NCBI RefSeq assembly: GCF_009914755.1
Contig: NC_060934.1
Strand: one strand, 5' to 3'
Source of the DNA: the human T2T-CHM13v2.0 reference genome, Homo sapiens
Length of the DNA: 64,000 bases
Shown here: in pieces, positions 13,598 through 27,278 of the stretch
How positions within the stretch are numbered: position 1 is the stretch's first letter
How the letters are laid out: each line of letters begins with the position of its first letter
Notes under the pieces: generated by a model
Database searches by the model: none
What the model was told of the DNA's origin: nothing
What the model saw: the letters and a program-made list of their open reading frames with translations, nothing else
Made by a program: the position numbers and the translations under genes

Positions 13598-14175
13598 TTG
13601 TCATGTCTAGGATTCTTGGTTGCTGTAATAACTGGCTTAATTAGCAGGCTCCTATAAGAAAAAGAAAGATGGTGGGCAGGTAGGGGGGCAGTTGGGGAGG
13701 AGTGGTGCATTTAGTGAAAAGATCTGGGGAATTCAGAGAATCCACTGGAAGGTTACAAACCAGTTTTGGAAATGAGCATAAAGAAGAGCATCTCTGGAAG
13801 TCTAGGAAACATAACTACACTCGTAGAATGGTCTCCTGGTAGGAACAGGAGGCTGGGGAAACATGGTGGCTGGGAATAATACACACCAAGCATTTTTTGG
13901 TGTTAATGTCACTTGCTCATGAGTAAAAGTCCAATAGAAAAAAAAAAGCCCCCTTATTGCGAGACTAGGTCACGTGCCTTCCTCCTGGCCACATGGAGAT
14001 CTTGAGAGTGGGGAGCTGGCCTCTCGGTTCTCCTCGGCATGAGGCAGATGCCAGATTTTAGCTTCACACTAAACTACGCACAGTGTAGGAGGGGTGGGAT
14101 CCTCCGAGAAAATCAGGAAGCCACTAGAAAGGGGCAGAGGATGCCGGCTGGCCAGGTGACGATGAATGTCCACCT
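13598..14175 (-). mobile_element. Old MLT1-type MaLR LTR
   Basis: Starts tgtcatgtctaggattcttggttgc; contains gactaggtcacgtgcc and ends gaaaggggcagaggatgccggctggc, typical of antisense old MLT1. Confidence 0.55.
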
Positions 14176-16054
14176 AAACAAGGAAATTAAAAGGGAGAGC
14201 AAGACTTCGCATGTACGAAAGTCAAGGAGTGTGGTGTTTAAAGAGTGCTCCGGATGCAACTTTTCTATCCCCATATACCTTCTTTGTGTAGTTTCTGCAA
14301 TTCTGTCATCTAGAAATATTTTCCTGTTAAACATGAACTCTCATTTAAGAGTCCATTTAAAATGCACATTTTCCTGGTGTAAATATGTATTTTACACATT
14401 ACTTGCAAAATGCCAAGTCATGAATACCTAAATATGAATATCAGATATGTCTGGAGGACACTCATGAGGACTCTGTGTCAACATGCGAATCGAACCTGGA
14501 ATATGGAAGTGTCAAAAGAGCCTGTGTCTGCTCTAGTTTTGTCCAGAGCTGAACCAACCTAAGGAACAATTTGGGGGAAGGGTGCTTATTGCAGTTGTGG
14601 TCAGCCCCAAGCTGTGAAAAGTGGCAAAGCCAGGCAGAATGAGAAGTCAAGTTATGGATATGGTGTGACCGTAAACAAGAGGTTTTGCCAAACCTACAAA
14701 TGGCTCCTTCTGAATGGCCGTTTATTCTCGAAGTGAGTTTATAGGCATCCTTCAGCTCAAAGGTCACAGGTAAGACAGGGATTCTATTCCACCATGACCC
14801 AAGGAACCCACTCCGGGATCCAAAAATAATTATTGGCAAAAATGATTCCAGCTTTATTGGCATTTCCCAAAACAGGATTAAATGAACTGTGTTCAATTCA
14901 AAACCCACAGCATTCCCCCAAATCCCTCTCTCCCCATTTCTCTGCTTGCTGCCTCTCCAGTGCACAGCAAAACTATAAGCTCCCTTTGTCTTCCTCCAAA
15001 TTCCAACTTGCAATTTAAAATTCTCACCCCTGTCTTGTGGTAAACTAATTGTTTTCACTTCTATGTATAAATATTAAAATATCTGAATGCAGGGCCCCCT
15101 CTCCAAGTCAACATCATTCTCCCACCCCCTGTTCTAACCCCCTAGCTGATTGAGTCATACCAGGATTGAATCCACCCAAGCGGGCAGAAAGTGGGCTCCA
15201 GGGGAGGAAAATCTGAGCCAGCGTCCACCTGTCAAGCCTGGATGAACAAGTTCAGATTTCCAACACGATGAGGGTGTAACTCTGCCCAACAAACAGAAGT
15301 CAGTCAAAGTCAATCTTCACCTGCTGGGGAACTTCATCTTTGGGTCACTGCCAAGCATCGGGTCCACCAGCCTCTCTCTGGTTCCTGAATTGTCACCACT
15401 TTGTGCCACTGGGTTCCAGTCCCAGTGAGAATCTGCATGGGACACACAAGCTTGATCAGTTTTCTCAGTGCTCACACTGGGGGTCTGCAGGCCCCTCTGC
15501 ATTTCAAGATGTCCATCTGGCACCTCATCCTGCCATCACTCCCTCCAGTCTTGCAACTCAGAGGTGCTTCTGGCATTCCCCTCTGCAAGTGTGATCAGGT
15601 GTAAAAGAGGATGTGGTACCAAAGTGACACTGCTGTCACCTAGGATGGGCTTCCTGCAGCTGACATGTGTACACACAACAGTGAGGCCCAGCCTGCACGT
15701 CTAAATCCATTGGCACTGGTGTGAAAACCAAGGACAGAGGCTCTGATAACAGAAATACAGTGCCCTGTCACCAAAGGCTAGCAGAGCATAGACAGATTTA
15801 ATCCTTTCATATCACTGGCACATAAATCCTACACAGATTGTGACTTTAAAAGGCTTAGCTACCAGACTTATTTTACAGCCTGTTTCTGACATAACAAAGA
15901 AAGAGTTTCCCATTCATTCTGCTGCAGGTCTCAACAGAAAAGAGGAGGATCAGGGTGGTTAACTTAAACCAATTTTTTCTCCATGGTAGCAGTTGCCAAA
16001 ATGTGTGCTATGGAATACGAGGATCCTTGGAGGTATTCATAGGCACTAGTAATC

Positions 16055-16240
16055 AGCATTAATTCCAACATAAATAATATTTACTGGGTATCTACTATGT
16101 GCCAGTAAAACCAACACTGGTTTTGTAACCTTCCAGCATGTAGTAGATATTAGGTATCTAACATAGTAGATATTCGCTATCTACTATGTGTGATGATTCT
16201 AGGCCCAAGAGACCCCACAGTGAACAAAAGAAATAAAAAG
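16055..16240 (-). mobile_element. L2 3' end carrying a complex internal insertion
   Basis: aatatttactgggtatctactatgtgccag ... ttctaggccc...cagtgaacaaaagaaataaa. Confidence 0.7.
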
Positions 16241-17159
16241 CAAGAAAGGCGGCAAAGAGATGTCAGTCTGGAGAAACCGGATCTAAGATCTAGGAAAGGT
16301 ATTTGGGAAGAAAAGAACTAAATTTATTATACTTTTTCATGGATGGTGTCTTATGTTGTCTTTCTGGAGAACTTAAAAATTTAGAAATGCAAGACTGAGT
16401 GAGCCAGAGCTTCTACTCCCTTGGAAGGAGAAAATAAGGAAGTTGGTATTTCAGTGACAACTGTGGCTGGCATATTAACTATATTTTACTTTAATCCTGA
16501 CACTAACTCTGTTATTTAGATATTAATTGCATTTTCACACCGGATCGCGTTGTTTTCCTGAGTGGAAAACAATATAATGCAAATGTTTTATTTAAAAAAA
16601 GTTGACCAGCACCAAAACCCAGAATTCATCCACAATGAGTCACTCCCATGTAATATTTTAAAAAATGTTTGATCTCTATGGGTATGAAGATCCTCAAATA
16701 AAACATCTGCAAAGTAGAACAGAGAGATCAAATATTTAAAGACTTGTAATTTTGGGGGAAAAAATGACTGCATTTTGGCTAAAGGTAAGGAACAAGTGCT
16801 TTATCATATTCTTCTGCTTACTGAAATCATTTGATCAGATAATAAACAATGGAAGAAATAATCTTCTCATTGCATAATATTTTTTACTTTATTATTCTGT
16901 CTTCGTTAGCATCTTTGTTAAACGTTGAGTCACTAGACACATTTCCCATTCTCCTAAATAATGCCAAGCCTTCTACTCGTGCACTCATTTACATCCCTTT
17001 TCACTTTCTCAAAGGATTTACTTCTGAAATATCATTTTTCATAAGCATCACCAGATTTATCTTATTGATTGGGTGATTCCCATTGGCTTTATAACATTGC
17101 TGTAGTATCTTCCGTCTTCAAACAAACAAAAATTAATCTTCTGAACTTTCATTTTCATG

Positions 17160-17945
17160 CTTGATGGAGAAATTAGTACCAGACTTGCTCTCCCACCATT
17201 AACAACTAGAAAATTGGACAAAATACATGAAACAAGTTTGTTGGGACATTGGACAACAAGGAAGCGTAGAATTCTGATCTTTTAGAGAAAGGAAATAAAT
17301 GAGGTAAGCTCCATAATCATCCCAGCTTTCTGATACCTTCTGGACAACAGCAAAGGAAGGGGAAACCCAAGCAGAGAACAATAGTTTGCTAATGAGTGGA
17401 GTAGACCAAGATTTGAGTTTGGAGAAGCTGGAGTAGCTTTGCAGAGAAAGAGCTCCAGAAATTTATGACATTGCCTTGGTCGTTGACTGACTGCTAACCT
17501 TCTCATGCACTGGGGGAATCTTCACAGGTGTGGGAAAAGAACAACCAGGGATTCTATAAGCTAAAAAGCTTCTAGAGCTTTCAGAGAGGTGGGAGATGTT
17601 TCATTTCCAACCAGATGCAGTGAAAAGACCTTGTCAAACAGCAGACCAGTCAGTAGAGACCACAAAAGAATTACTTCTCAGTAGTGGGGCTAAACTAGCC
17701 TTGGAGTAAAGGCTAATGTAGAATCACCCCAACAAAGCTTAAAAACAAATCTCAGAAGGCTCAGGCTGCCCCACAAGTAACTTAACTGCCTGCCAAAGCA
17801 CTCTTTAAAGGAAGAAAACAGTGTGATATTTAAAATGTCAAATACTCAGTCAAACATTACTAGATGTACTGAACTGTACATTTTAAAATTGTAAAGATGG
17901 TGAACTATATATATATAAATATATGTGGTAAACTACATATATATA

Positions 17946-17984
<39 letters not shown>

Positions 17985-18530
17985 ACCTCAATAAAAAAAA
18001 ATACTGGATGTACAAAGAAACAGGAAAATGTGATCCATAGCCAAAAGAAAAATCAGTCAATAGAAAAAGACCCAGTAAGGAGTCATGATGAAACTAGTAA
18101 AAAAAATGACTTTAAAACAGCAATTAGAAAAATACACAAGCATTTAAAGGTAAACATGAACACACAATGAAGTAACAGAAATATAAAACACAACCATAGG
18201 GAATTTGTAAAATTTGTACAGACGCTAATTTTTTTTTAGTCACTAGATGGGCTTAACAGCAGTTTAGAAACTGCAGAGTGACTATCAATGAATAGAAATT
18301 ATCTAAATTATCTAAAGTCAGAAATTCAGAGATAATAAAGGTGGAAAAAGAAATGAACACAGCTCCAATAAGCAGTGGGCTAAATTTTAGTGGCTTTAAA
18401 CGTGATTTAGAGTCCCAGAAAGGTTTGAGGACAGAATAAATAGTTGCTGAAATAATGACTAAAATTTATCAAAATATGATGAAAACTACAAACCCACAGG
18501 TCCAAGAATTTCACAAACACCAAGCAGGGA
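17160..18530 (+). mobile_element. Old L1M 5' UTR/ORF1 remnant
   Basis: aacaactagaaaattggacaaaatacatgaaaca...; ORF1-type aaaatatgatgaaaactacaaacccacaggtccaagaa. Confidence 0.75.
17870..18001 (+). mobile_element. Very short L1MB-type 3' end with internal (TA)n expansion
   Basis: tgaactgtacattttaaaattgtaaagatggtgaac...(TA)n...ttttacctcaataaaaaaaa; TSD tactagatgtac (17858-17869) / tactggatgtac (18002-18013). Confidence 0.8.
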
Positions 18531-18539
18531 TGGAAAATG

Positions 18540-18785
18540 TTGCCTGAGGGATGCCTTAAGGCCTCTCTGTGGCCTCTCATCACCCAATGGACTAGTCCTG
18601 CTTTGTTTACATGGTAAAGAGTAGCAAGAGAGAGAATACCCCAATGTCTAGCTACTTTTCATAACTGCTTGTGTCCTATTTTCTAATTTCTCATTGGCAT
18701 AGCGCATCACATGACCTAGGCCAAATTCAAAGAGACAGGCATAATGAGATAGAAAGAATGTGTGGCCATTTGTAACCTACCCATC
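18540..18785 (-). mobile_element. MLT1-type LTR fragment
   Basis: tctcattggcatagcgcatcacatgacctaggccaaattcaa...gaatgtgtggccatttgtaacctacc. Confidence 0.7.
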
Positions 18786-18799
18786 AGAGAAGCCTTATT

Positions 18800-19036
18800 G
18801 ATTATCCTATCTAAATACCCCTTTCCACATCCCATCACACGCTATATTCTTGTTTTATTTTTCTTCCTACTGTCAAAAAGTACTTGAGCTATATTAAATG
18901 TTAATTTATCTACTCCATTAGAATTAAAAATTCATGAAATTCTCCCTTTTGCAGTCCATTATCCAGTGCCAGCACATAGTACTTGATAATAAATTGTTGA
19001 ATGAATGAAAGTATGTTGTTGAATGAATGAAAGTAT
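18800..19036 (+). mobile_element. L2 3' end with a 22-bp tandem duplication at the terminus
   Basis: tccagtgccagcacatagtacttgataataaattgttgaatgaatgaa. Confidence 0.7.
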
Positions 19037-20177
19037 CCAGGAATAGATGTATTTCCTAAAAAAAAAAAATCTAGGGAAAATGAACATTTTCAATAAAACA
19101 TTTAAATAACATTATTCCTTTAGTTTATTCAGAAGATTCAGAAAGCCAGAAGAGTTTAAAAAGTAAGGAGGATTATAACTTTTCTCACAACTCTTGATAA
19201 AGCACTATGTACGCAGGTATAAATTAACACTAGGACAGTGTGGTCTCTTTATCTTTTGTACAATTTTTAGATACCCACAAGTGGTTCAACAACTAGCAGA
19301 TGATAATAAGTAAATATTTTTCTTTGAAGGACTTTCAGAGGACAAATTCAAAATGATTAGTAGCTACTGTAAGAACTAAACTTTTTTCAAGTATTCGTAT
19401 TAATGATTTTTGGTTTTGTTTTCCTTTTTTGCCATTCTTATTCACTTGTTTTTGGCTAATGATGTAATTGTAAAAACCTGAAAACAAGTCATTAAACAAT
19501 AAAAAACAAATTGCTCATTCCCTCAAAATTTAATAATCAGACCAAGGCTTGGTTGAGGGCTCAGGTTGATCAAGATAGTTAATTTTTATTATCCTAATTA
19601 GAATCTAATTTCAGGACTTCTTAATCAAAAGTGATTCATTAGCCCCATTTTGTTGGTTAAGAAGAGGCTAAATGAAGTGAGTCTTAACAGTCCTTTGGAA
19701 CAGAAAGATCTGTTTTTTTTCTTGTATTGCTTATTTTCCTAAGCAAACAAGGTAATGGGAAATAGCCACCACAGTATGACCCTGTTAACTGTTCTGAAAA
19801 GAGGGGAGAAGAGAGATTTAGATAGAACATAACTGAATTTTTCAATTAATAGTATTTCACATAGAAAAATGTTTTCCTGTTGATCTGTCATCCTATTAAA
19901 TAACCACACACACATACACACAAACCTTTTTATAGTAGCTGGAGTTTTGATTCAAAGAGTTTCGAATAAGTGGTTTATTCGAAGATCTAGCAGTCAGGCC
20001 ACACATTATGCCACTAGGTTTTCTGACTCTTACTAGAATTTTTGAGATTTGAAGCAAAATATAGATTTAGATGCTTAAGTTTTCAGTGTACCTAGGAACA
20101 CCTGCTTATATCAATATAAATGATATAGTTATCATCAGTAAAATAATGTTTATTTCCTCAGATAAATTCCTAGCCTG

Positions 20178-20735
20178 GCAGTTCTCAAATGTTTTGGTGT
20201 CAATCTTCTTTTACATTTTTTAAAAAAAATTGGGGATATCAAAGAGTGTTTGTTTGTATGTTTTATGTCTATCAATATTTGCCCTAGAAAATAAAATTGG
20301 GAAAAATACATATTCACAAATATAATAAATCCATTACATGTTAAGGTATCTTTTTATGAAAATGTATCATTTATTAATAAATTTATAAGATAGCTATATG
20401 GAACCAAAAAATAGAGAAGTGTGATTAGTTTTCACTTTTGTAAATCATTTTAATATCTCATATAATGGGAGAGCTGGATTTTCATGTATACTTGTGCATT
20501 GGATCTGTGCAATATCTCACACCATCCAGCCTCTGGAAAACTCCACAGTGCATCTGAAAGAACAAGATTAAAAATGGTGAATAATGTAATAACATTATTT
20601 GAAAATAGTTTGACTTCACAGACCTCCTGAAAGGGTCTCTAGGACCCACAGGTGTCCCCAGGCCACCAATGTGTCCCAGATGTCCTCAGGCCACCTGTGG
20701 GTCAAAATGCCTGTCCTAACTTGTTTGAAGAACTC
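20178..20735. mobile_element. MER119-like hAT-Charlie element
   Basis: cagttctcaaatgttttggtgtca...caaagagtgtttgtttgtatg...tatcaatattt...gacctcctgaaagggtctctaggacccacagg. Confidence 0.8.
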
Positions 20736-21220
20736 TCTCTGACTAGAGTCTTCTGATGGAAATTCTATGACTCATTAAAATGCAAAGTTATCAAAAGTAT
20801 AAGAGAAAAAAGTCAATTTCATTTCATTTTTTCCCATGGCAAAACTCAATTTTAATTCAGTTGATAACTTTTTATACAATGATACTTGGTGCTGCTAAAA
20901 GGAAAACTTTAGACAAATTAAATTTAGCAGAGTTTGTTTGAGCAAAGAACAATTTATGAATTGAGCAGCACTCAGAACCAGGAGAGGTTCACAGGGCTTC
21001 ACCCAACAACGTGGCAGGCAGTATTTATAGATAGGAAAAGGAAGTGACGTACAGAGACAGCTTGATTGGTTACAGCTATGAGTTTGCCTTATTTGCATAC
21101 AGTGTGATGAGGCATTTGCCTTATATGTTCATGGTCTGATTAGTTGACAGCCTGTGATTTGCTAAAAGCTTGGCTGCTATGATTGGCTGAGACTCAGCTA
21201 CTTGTTACAAGAGCATATTC

Positions 21221-21383
21221 TTTTTTTATATATATAAAAGACTGTAATCTCACTATGTTACCCAGACTGGAGGACAGTGGCTCATCATTGCACACTACAG
21301 CCTTGAACTCCTAGGCTCAAGCAGTCTTCCTGCCTCAGCCCCCTGAGTAGATGGGACTCCAGGTGTACTCCACCATACCCAGC
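21221..21383 (-). mobile_element. FAM-like Alu monomer
   Basis: Reverse complement gives ...gagttcaaggctgtagtgtgcaatgatgagccactgtcctccagtctgggtaacatagtgaga, a FAM-type arrangement. Confidence 0.75.
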
Positions 21384-21390
21384 TAAGAAT

Positions 21391-21672
21391 GGTTGGTTGG
21401 TTGTTTGAGACAAGATCTCACTCTGTCACCCAGGCTGGAGTAGCACAATCTCAGCTCACTGTAACCTCTGCCTTGGGCTCAAGTGATCCTCCCACCTCAG
21501 TATCTTGGACTACAGGTGCATCCCAGCACACTCAGCTAGTTTTTTAACTTCTTGTAGAGATGGAATCTCACTGTATTGCCCAGGCTTGTCTCAAACTCCT
21601 GGGCTCAAGTGATCCTCCTGCCTCAGCTTCCCAAGGCACTGAAATTACAGGCATGAACCACTGTGCCTGGCC
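21391..21672 (-). mobile_element. AluJ
   Basis: Antisense dimer with J-type gggctcaagtgatcctcc in both arms. Confidence 0.9.
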
Positions 21673-22467
21673 AAGAATGTATTCTTAAATTAGGTTGCAG
21701 TGGATTTATGTACTAAGTTAGGTTGCATTTTGCTACATAGAAACTCATAGTATGGAGGCAGCCTCAGACAAATTAATTTAACAACACATTTTTCTCAGTG
21801 AAAATATATTTACATGGTTTTATAAAAGTTAATGATCCCTAGACAATTTCTCAGCTGTGAAAGGGGCTTTAGGTAAATCCACCAGAGGAGTTAACTTCCA
21901 GCCATTTTAATCACCACCCAACTCTATGCCTTCCCAACCCCACTCCTAAATTGTATATTTTAAATATCTTGCAAGAATTGGATATTCCTGTTTTAGAAAT
22001 CACTTTAAAATTTTTTAAGTAAAAGTGTTCAAAGTTTATCTCTTGAAAATTCTGATTCCCCTAGATGATATGATTAAGGCAGATAAAAATTATTCATGTC
22101 CTTGAGTTTGTGAAACTAAGACAGAAGATAATTAATATGCTCAAAGTTAGACAAAGGCCCTTGACTTTCTAACCATTATATAATTAGAAATAATCTTTTA
22201 AAAACAATAGGTCTAATAAAAGGCATTGGCAGAGTCAACCTATTTTCTTTTTTATTCCCATTGTGTCCAGCTCTCCAAAATGCTTACAGACAAGGTTCTT
22301 GGGGGCATTTAAATGGAAATGAATCTAGCTCTTCATATTAACATATGACTGTTATCTGTGAAAGTAAACTTCTTTAGAAATATTAATGTATCATTTGCAA
22401 GGCTGTAAGTTAAACCAGATGGTAATGAATAGAAGACATTAAGGTATGTAGAGGCCCTAATGTTCAT

Positions 22468-23020
22468 GTGTCTTGGTTACTGGCTGTGTAACAAATTATC
22501 ACCAACCCCAGTGGCTTAAAACAGTCCTTTTATTTTGCTTACACTTTTGTAGGTCAGGCATTCAATAAGAACGTGGCTGGGCAGTAGTCACTTAGGGTCT
22601 CTCATGTAGCTGCAGTCACATGTTGGCTGGACTGCAATGATCTGAAGGCTCTACTGGGGTGTGTATTCAGTTTGGCTCACTCGCCTGGTTGGTGGTTGAT
22701 GCTGGTTGTCATCTGGAACTCATTTGGGCTGTCAATCATAATGCCTCTTTGTGGACTTTCCAATAGGACCACTTCAAGCTTCTTAGGTGGTACCTGATTG
22801 GTTCACCCCAGAATAAACATTATAACAGAGTTAGGCAGAAGGTACTTGGCCATTTTTGAGCCAGCCTCAGAAGTTATTCAACATCACTTTCATTGTATTC
22901 TAATGGTTACAAGTGTGTCATTACGGTCAGCTCAGATTCAAGAGGAGGGCACATGGGCCCTGCCCTTCAACAGGAGCTGTGTTCAATCATTTGCAGACAT
23001 GCTTTAAAATCAACATACCA
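22468..23020 (-). mobile_element. MLT1G/H-type LTR
   Basis: gctgtgtaacaaattatcacc...cagtggcttaaaacag...gggtctctcatgtagctgcagtca...cagcctcagaagttattcaacatcactt. Confidence 0.85.
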
Positions 23021-23714
23021 TGTAATGTTGAGAGTACCTGCTTTTATATTTTCAAATGCAGAAAAGCAGATATTCCCATGAAGACTATGGAATATCAGTA
23101 AAATTCATTATATCTTTATTCTAATTAAAAATATTCATGATTACACAAAAACAATTTATATTCAAAATTCTTATTTTAATTCTGTCAATAGTGTTCTGCT
23201 CTGTGTGGGAATAGGAATAAGGGCAGAGTAAGTGGCAACATGGAGCAAAGGAGGTGATCAGACAAGATCTGCAGAGCCAGAGGGTGGGATGTGTCATCTA
23301 CATAGACTTCACATTTCCTTAAAATGATGACAACAGTTGAAGAACCAAAAAATGATTCCACCAGTTGTGCTAAGAGGCTGGTGTAGCCAGAGGCTGTGAG
23401 CCTCAAAGAAGCGAAAACCGTACAGTGGTCTGGAGGAAGCAGGGATGAACAGGAAAGAACCCTACTCCTCCTCCCAGCTACACTGCCCAGGCTAAAAGAG
23501 ATAATTTTCTTTATTAGAGTCCCTAGGAGTATTAATCCCACTATCACATTAATCCTCAAATTAACCCTGTGAGGAAGGTATCATTAAAATTATACAATGT
23601 GTGTGTTCTCATATGTGTGTGTAGCATGTGAGAAGGCACTAGAGATCCTACAGATCAGCACTTGTTTACTATTTCTTCCAAGTGCTTTTACATTTGTTAT
23701 CTGTCAAAAACATT

Positions 23715-23866
23715 GACATTTCAAGTTTCTGGGTTCAAAACCCAGCTCTGATGTTGACGAGCTATGTGACCTTGGGCAAAGTTAGCAGATCTCTCTAAAC
23801 CTTGGTTGTCTTATCTATCAAATGGGGCTAGGGTGTTGAAAGGATAAAATAATTCATGGAAACACT
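23715..23866 (+). mobile_element. MIR (resumes after the LTR at ~24371-24410)
   Basis: ctgggttcaaaacccagctctg...gctatgtgaccttgggcaaagtta. Confidence 0.85.
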
Positions 23867-24370
23867 TTTAAAGTATTAGGTTGATGCAAAAGTAATTGCA
23901 GTTTTTTGCCGTCACTTTTAATGGCAAAAACCACAATTACTTTTGCACCAACCTAATAGATTAAGTGGAGACCAGGCCTGAAGATTCCCTGGCAGACAAA
24001 GCCAATTAGCCCTCATAAGTGACTTAGACCTTTCTTTATATGCAAACGTAAGTGAAACTTAGCTTGAGCCACTTCTTATAAATGCCTGTATTAAAGAAAA
24101 ACAGAACTTACCCTCTGGTCAAAAGCAGCCCACTAACTTGTTTAACTAGGACTTTCCAGCAGGACAAACCAAATAAGGCAACTTTATAACTGTAACCAAT
24201 CAAATACTTTATTTGTATTACTTTCACATTAGCTCTATAAAAGCTTGTCCCTTACGCTTCTTTGATAGAACCCCAAACGTCTTCTAGTTTGGAGCTTCCC
24301 AATTCATGAAGTGCTGCTTGTTCAAACAAACTTTTTAAAATTTATTGTGCCTCAGTTTATGGTTTTAACA
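23867..24370 (+). mobile_element. LTR47-like solo LTR
   Basis: gtggagaccaggcctgaagattccctggcagacaaagcc...aaataaggcaactttataactgtaaccaatcaaata...gtgcctcagtttatggttttaaca. Confidence 0.8.
23876..23956. mobile_element. MADE1 mariner MITE (complete)
   Basis: ttaggttgatgcaaaagtaattgc ... caattacttttgcaccaacctaa palindrome flanked by TA TSD. Confidence 0.97.
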
Positions 24371-24469
24371 TGCTTATTATAATTAGCATATAATAAGGGC
24401 TTAGTCAAAATGCACTCAGTGAATGGCTTAAAAATATATTACACATATACGTACATACACACATAAAAT

Positions 24470-24575
24470 ATCGGTTAATATCCCAGCTCTGCCACCAACC
24501 AACTTTTGACCCTAAGCAAATCACTTTAACATCAGGGCATTTTTTTTTTTCATTTCTTCACCTATTAAATCTCAG
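24470..24575 (+). mobile_element. MIR fragment
   Basis: atcccagctctgccacc...tgaccctaagcaaatcactttaac. Confidence 0.65.
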
Positions 24576-24709
24576 AAAGAAAACTACATCATTTCTCCAG
24601 TGCATTCCATTAGCAACCCATGCATATCCCTGTGATAGTAATTATCTTACCAGAATCTTCAGTATATTTATTTGCCACTCTTGACTGAGCTCTCTAAGGG
24701 CACAGACTA

Positions 24710-25089
24710 TGTACTAATCAGCTCAGGCTGCCGTAACAAAATACCACAGGCCAAGTGGCTTAAACAGCAGACAATTATCTCTCACAGTTCTGGGGATGGT
24801 GGAAGTCCAAGATCAAGGTACCTGTTGATTCAGTTCCAGGTGAGGGCTCTCTTTCTGGTTTGCAGAAGGCCACCTTCTGGCTGTGTCCTTACATGGGGTG
24901 GTTGGGGGAAGCGTTCTGGCTCAGGTCTCTCTTCTTATAAGGGCACTGATTCCATTGTAAGAACTCCACTCTCCGTACCTCTTCTAAACCTAATCACCTC
25001 TCAAAGGCTCCATCTCCAAATATAATTGTCTTAGGTGTTAGAGCTCCAAGATATGAATCTTAGAGAGACACGAATATTCAGTTCATAAC
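24710..25089 (-). mobile_element. MLT1A LTR
   Basis: tgtactaatcagctcaggctgccgtaacaaaataccacag...agtccaagatcaaggt...cttataagggcactgattcc...attcagttcataac. Confidence 0.92.
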
Positions 25090-26621
25090 CAACCAGCTTT
25101 CATCCCCATATTCACACTACTTCATGTGTCATTTTTCCCTCAGGGAAAGCTTGTTGAAATTTTAAAACCACTTCTTGTCCCCAGATACTATCATCTAGAG
25201 ATAATGAAAAAGATATATATTCACAATATAAGAGTTTCCCCACATATGAAATAAAAGAACCTTGGGTATTTTCAAAATCTTGTGGTGTGGTGTTGTTTGG
25301 ATGCAGCAAACTTAATTTGCTGTATCACCATATATTCATTTAAAAATCTATCTTAATAAGTGCCCTTGGAAGGAAAAATGAGGAAAATTTTTTTTCCTGT
25401 TAGATAATTTTCAATCACTAAACAGAATCACCATTAAACAGAATTCACCACTCACCTCACTTTTCTCCTGCTCTCGTAGAAAATATGGTCTGCTTCCTAT
25501 TGTATTTAAGGAAAAGTATGGAAGGAAACCATCTAATGCCTAATGGGATTATCTCTGAAGCCACCAGGATAAAAAATGTCACAAAACAGAGTTCAAGTGG
25601 CATGAAGGTTTTGTTAGTGCTTTTTCTTCTCGCAAAAATATCAACCTGCATTTCAACACTAGTTATTACATATTCATCTTTTAGAATTCTCCCCAAAATA
25701 AAATATATGAATTTGCTCCTGTTTAATAAAAAGAGACCAAGCTAATATGCTTCTGATTATAATGAAGCCTTTTAAGTCTATGTTGTAATTCTGAGAGTGA
25801 GTCACAACGAGTTTTATTAGCCTTATAGTTACATCTAAGTCATTCTCAGTTTTTATTGCCTGAATGGAAAAAATATTAATACAGTTCATTATACTAAGTA
25901 ACAGCTTCAAATTCTCAGATTTGCTCTGCCTAGCAGGTAAAATATGCGTGTCTTATTTCAAACCCACTAGGTTGAAATCCTCTGAGGATTAGATTTTCAT
26001 TCATATTCCCAGTAACCTTTCCTTTCTGTTGTGCTATTCATCCATTTTTGTTACTATTCAAAGCAAAATGAGAGAGAAAGAAGAATGCAGGCACTATGTG
26101 AAAACTTAACTGGAAAAAAAAAGATTTTTTTTTTTTGAAGTGTGAAGATAAGCCTGTTTGAGCCCTAGATCATTAATAAAGCAGCTACATCACTGGGCAA
26201 ATTGGAGAGGTTAAATAATTTTGTTCTAAGTGATCAATTATTTAGCACCATTTCCAGTGACAGTGTTATAGTGTTTGTGAAGTAACAGCAGAAGGGAGGT
26301 GCGTGTGTGGGGGTAGATTCCTGGTCCTCGGGCTTTCATGCAGTATTGGTAGGCATGTTCACACTGGTCCAGGAAGAGCCGCGGCCTGTCTTCCATTCCT
26401 CTTTCCCACAAGCTCACCAAGAAGCGAGGTCAAAGTGCACCTGCTTTTCCCTCTCAGAATATTCATTTCACAGGTACTCCTTTCTTCCATTCCATACAAT
26501 TGGACAAGGCCTACATCTTCACACTGCTGACTTCAGCTTGTTTTGTTGCCTTTTTCCTTCCATCTTGGAATGCCCTGGTGTAGGGAAAGGGGAGCTGTGA
26601 GGCTTTACGAGTAAGAAATCA

Positions 26622-27278
<657 letters not shown>

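Larger units (their letters stand above)
20893..21783 (-). mobile_element. MER57/MER93-class ERV1 solo LTR, interrupted by FAM and AluJ
   Basis: Termini tgctaaaaggaaaactttagacaaattaaattt and ggaggcagcctcagacaaattaatttaaca; internal gattggttacagct and ggaagtgacgtacag. Confidence 0.85.

Noticed and set aside
14462-15058. Longest ORF (198 aa, minus strand)
   Set aside because: It starts at GTG, has no recognisable domain or exon structure, and a length like this can occur by chance in 64 kb.
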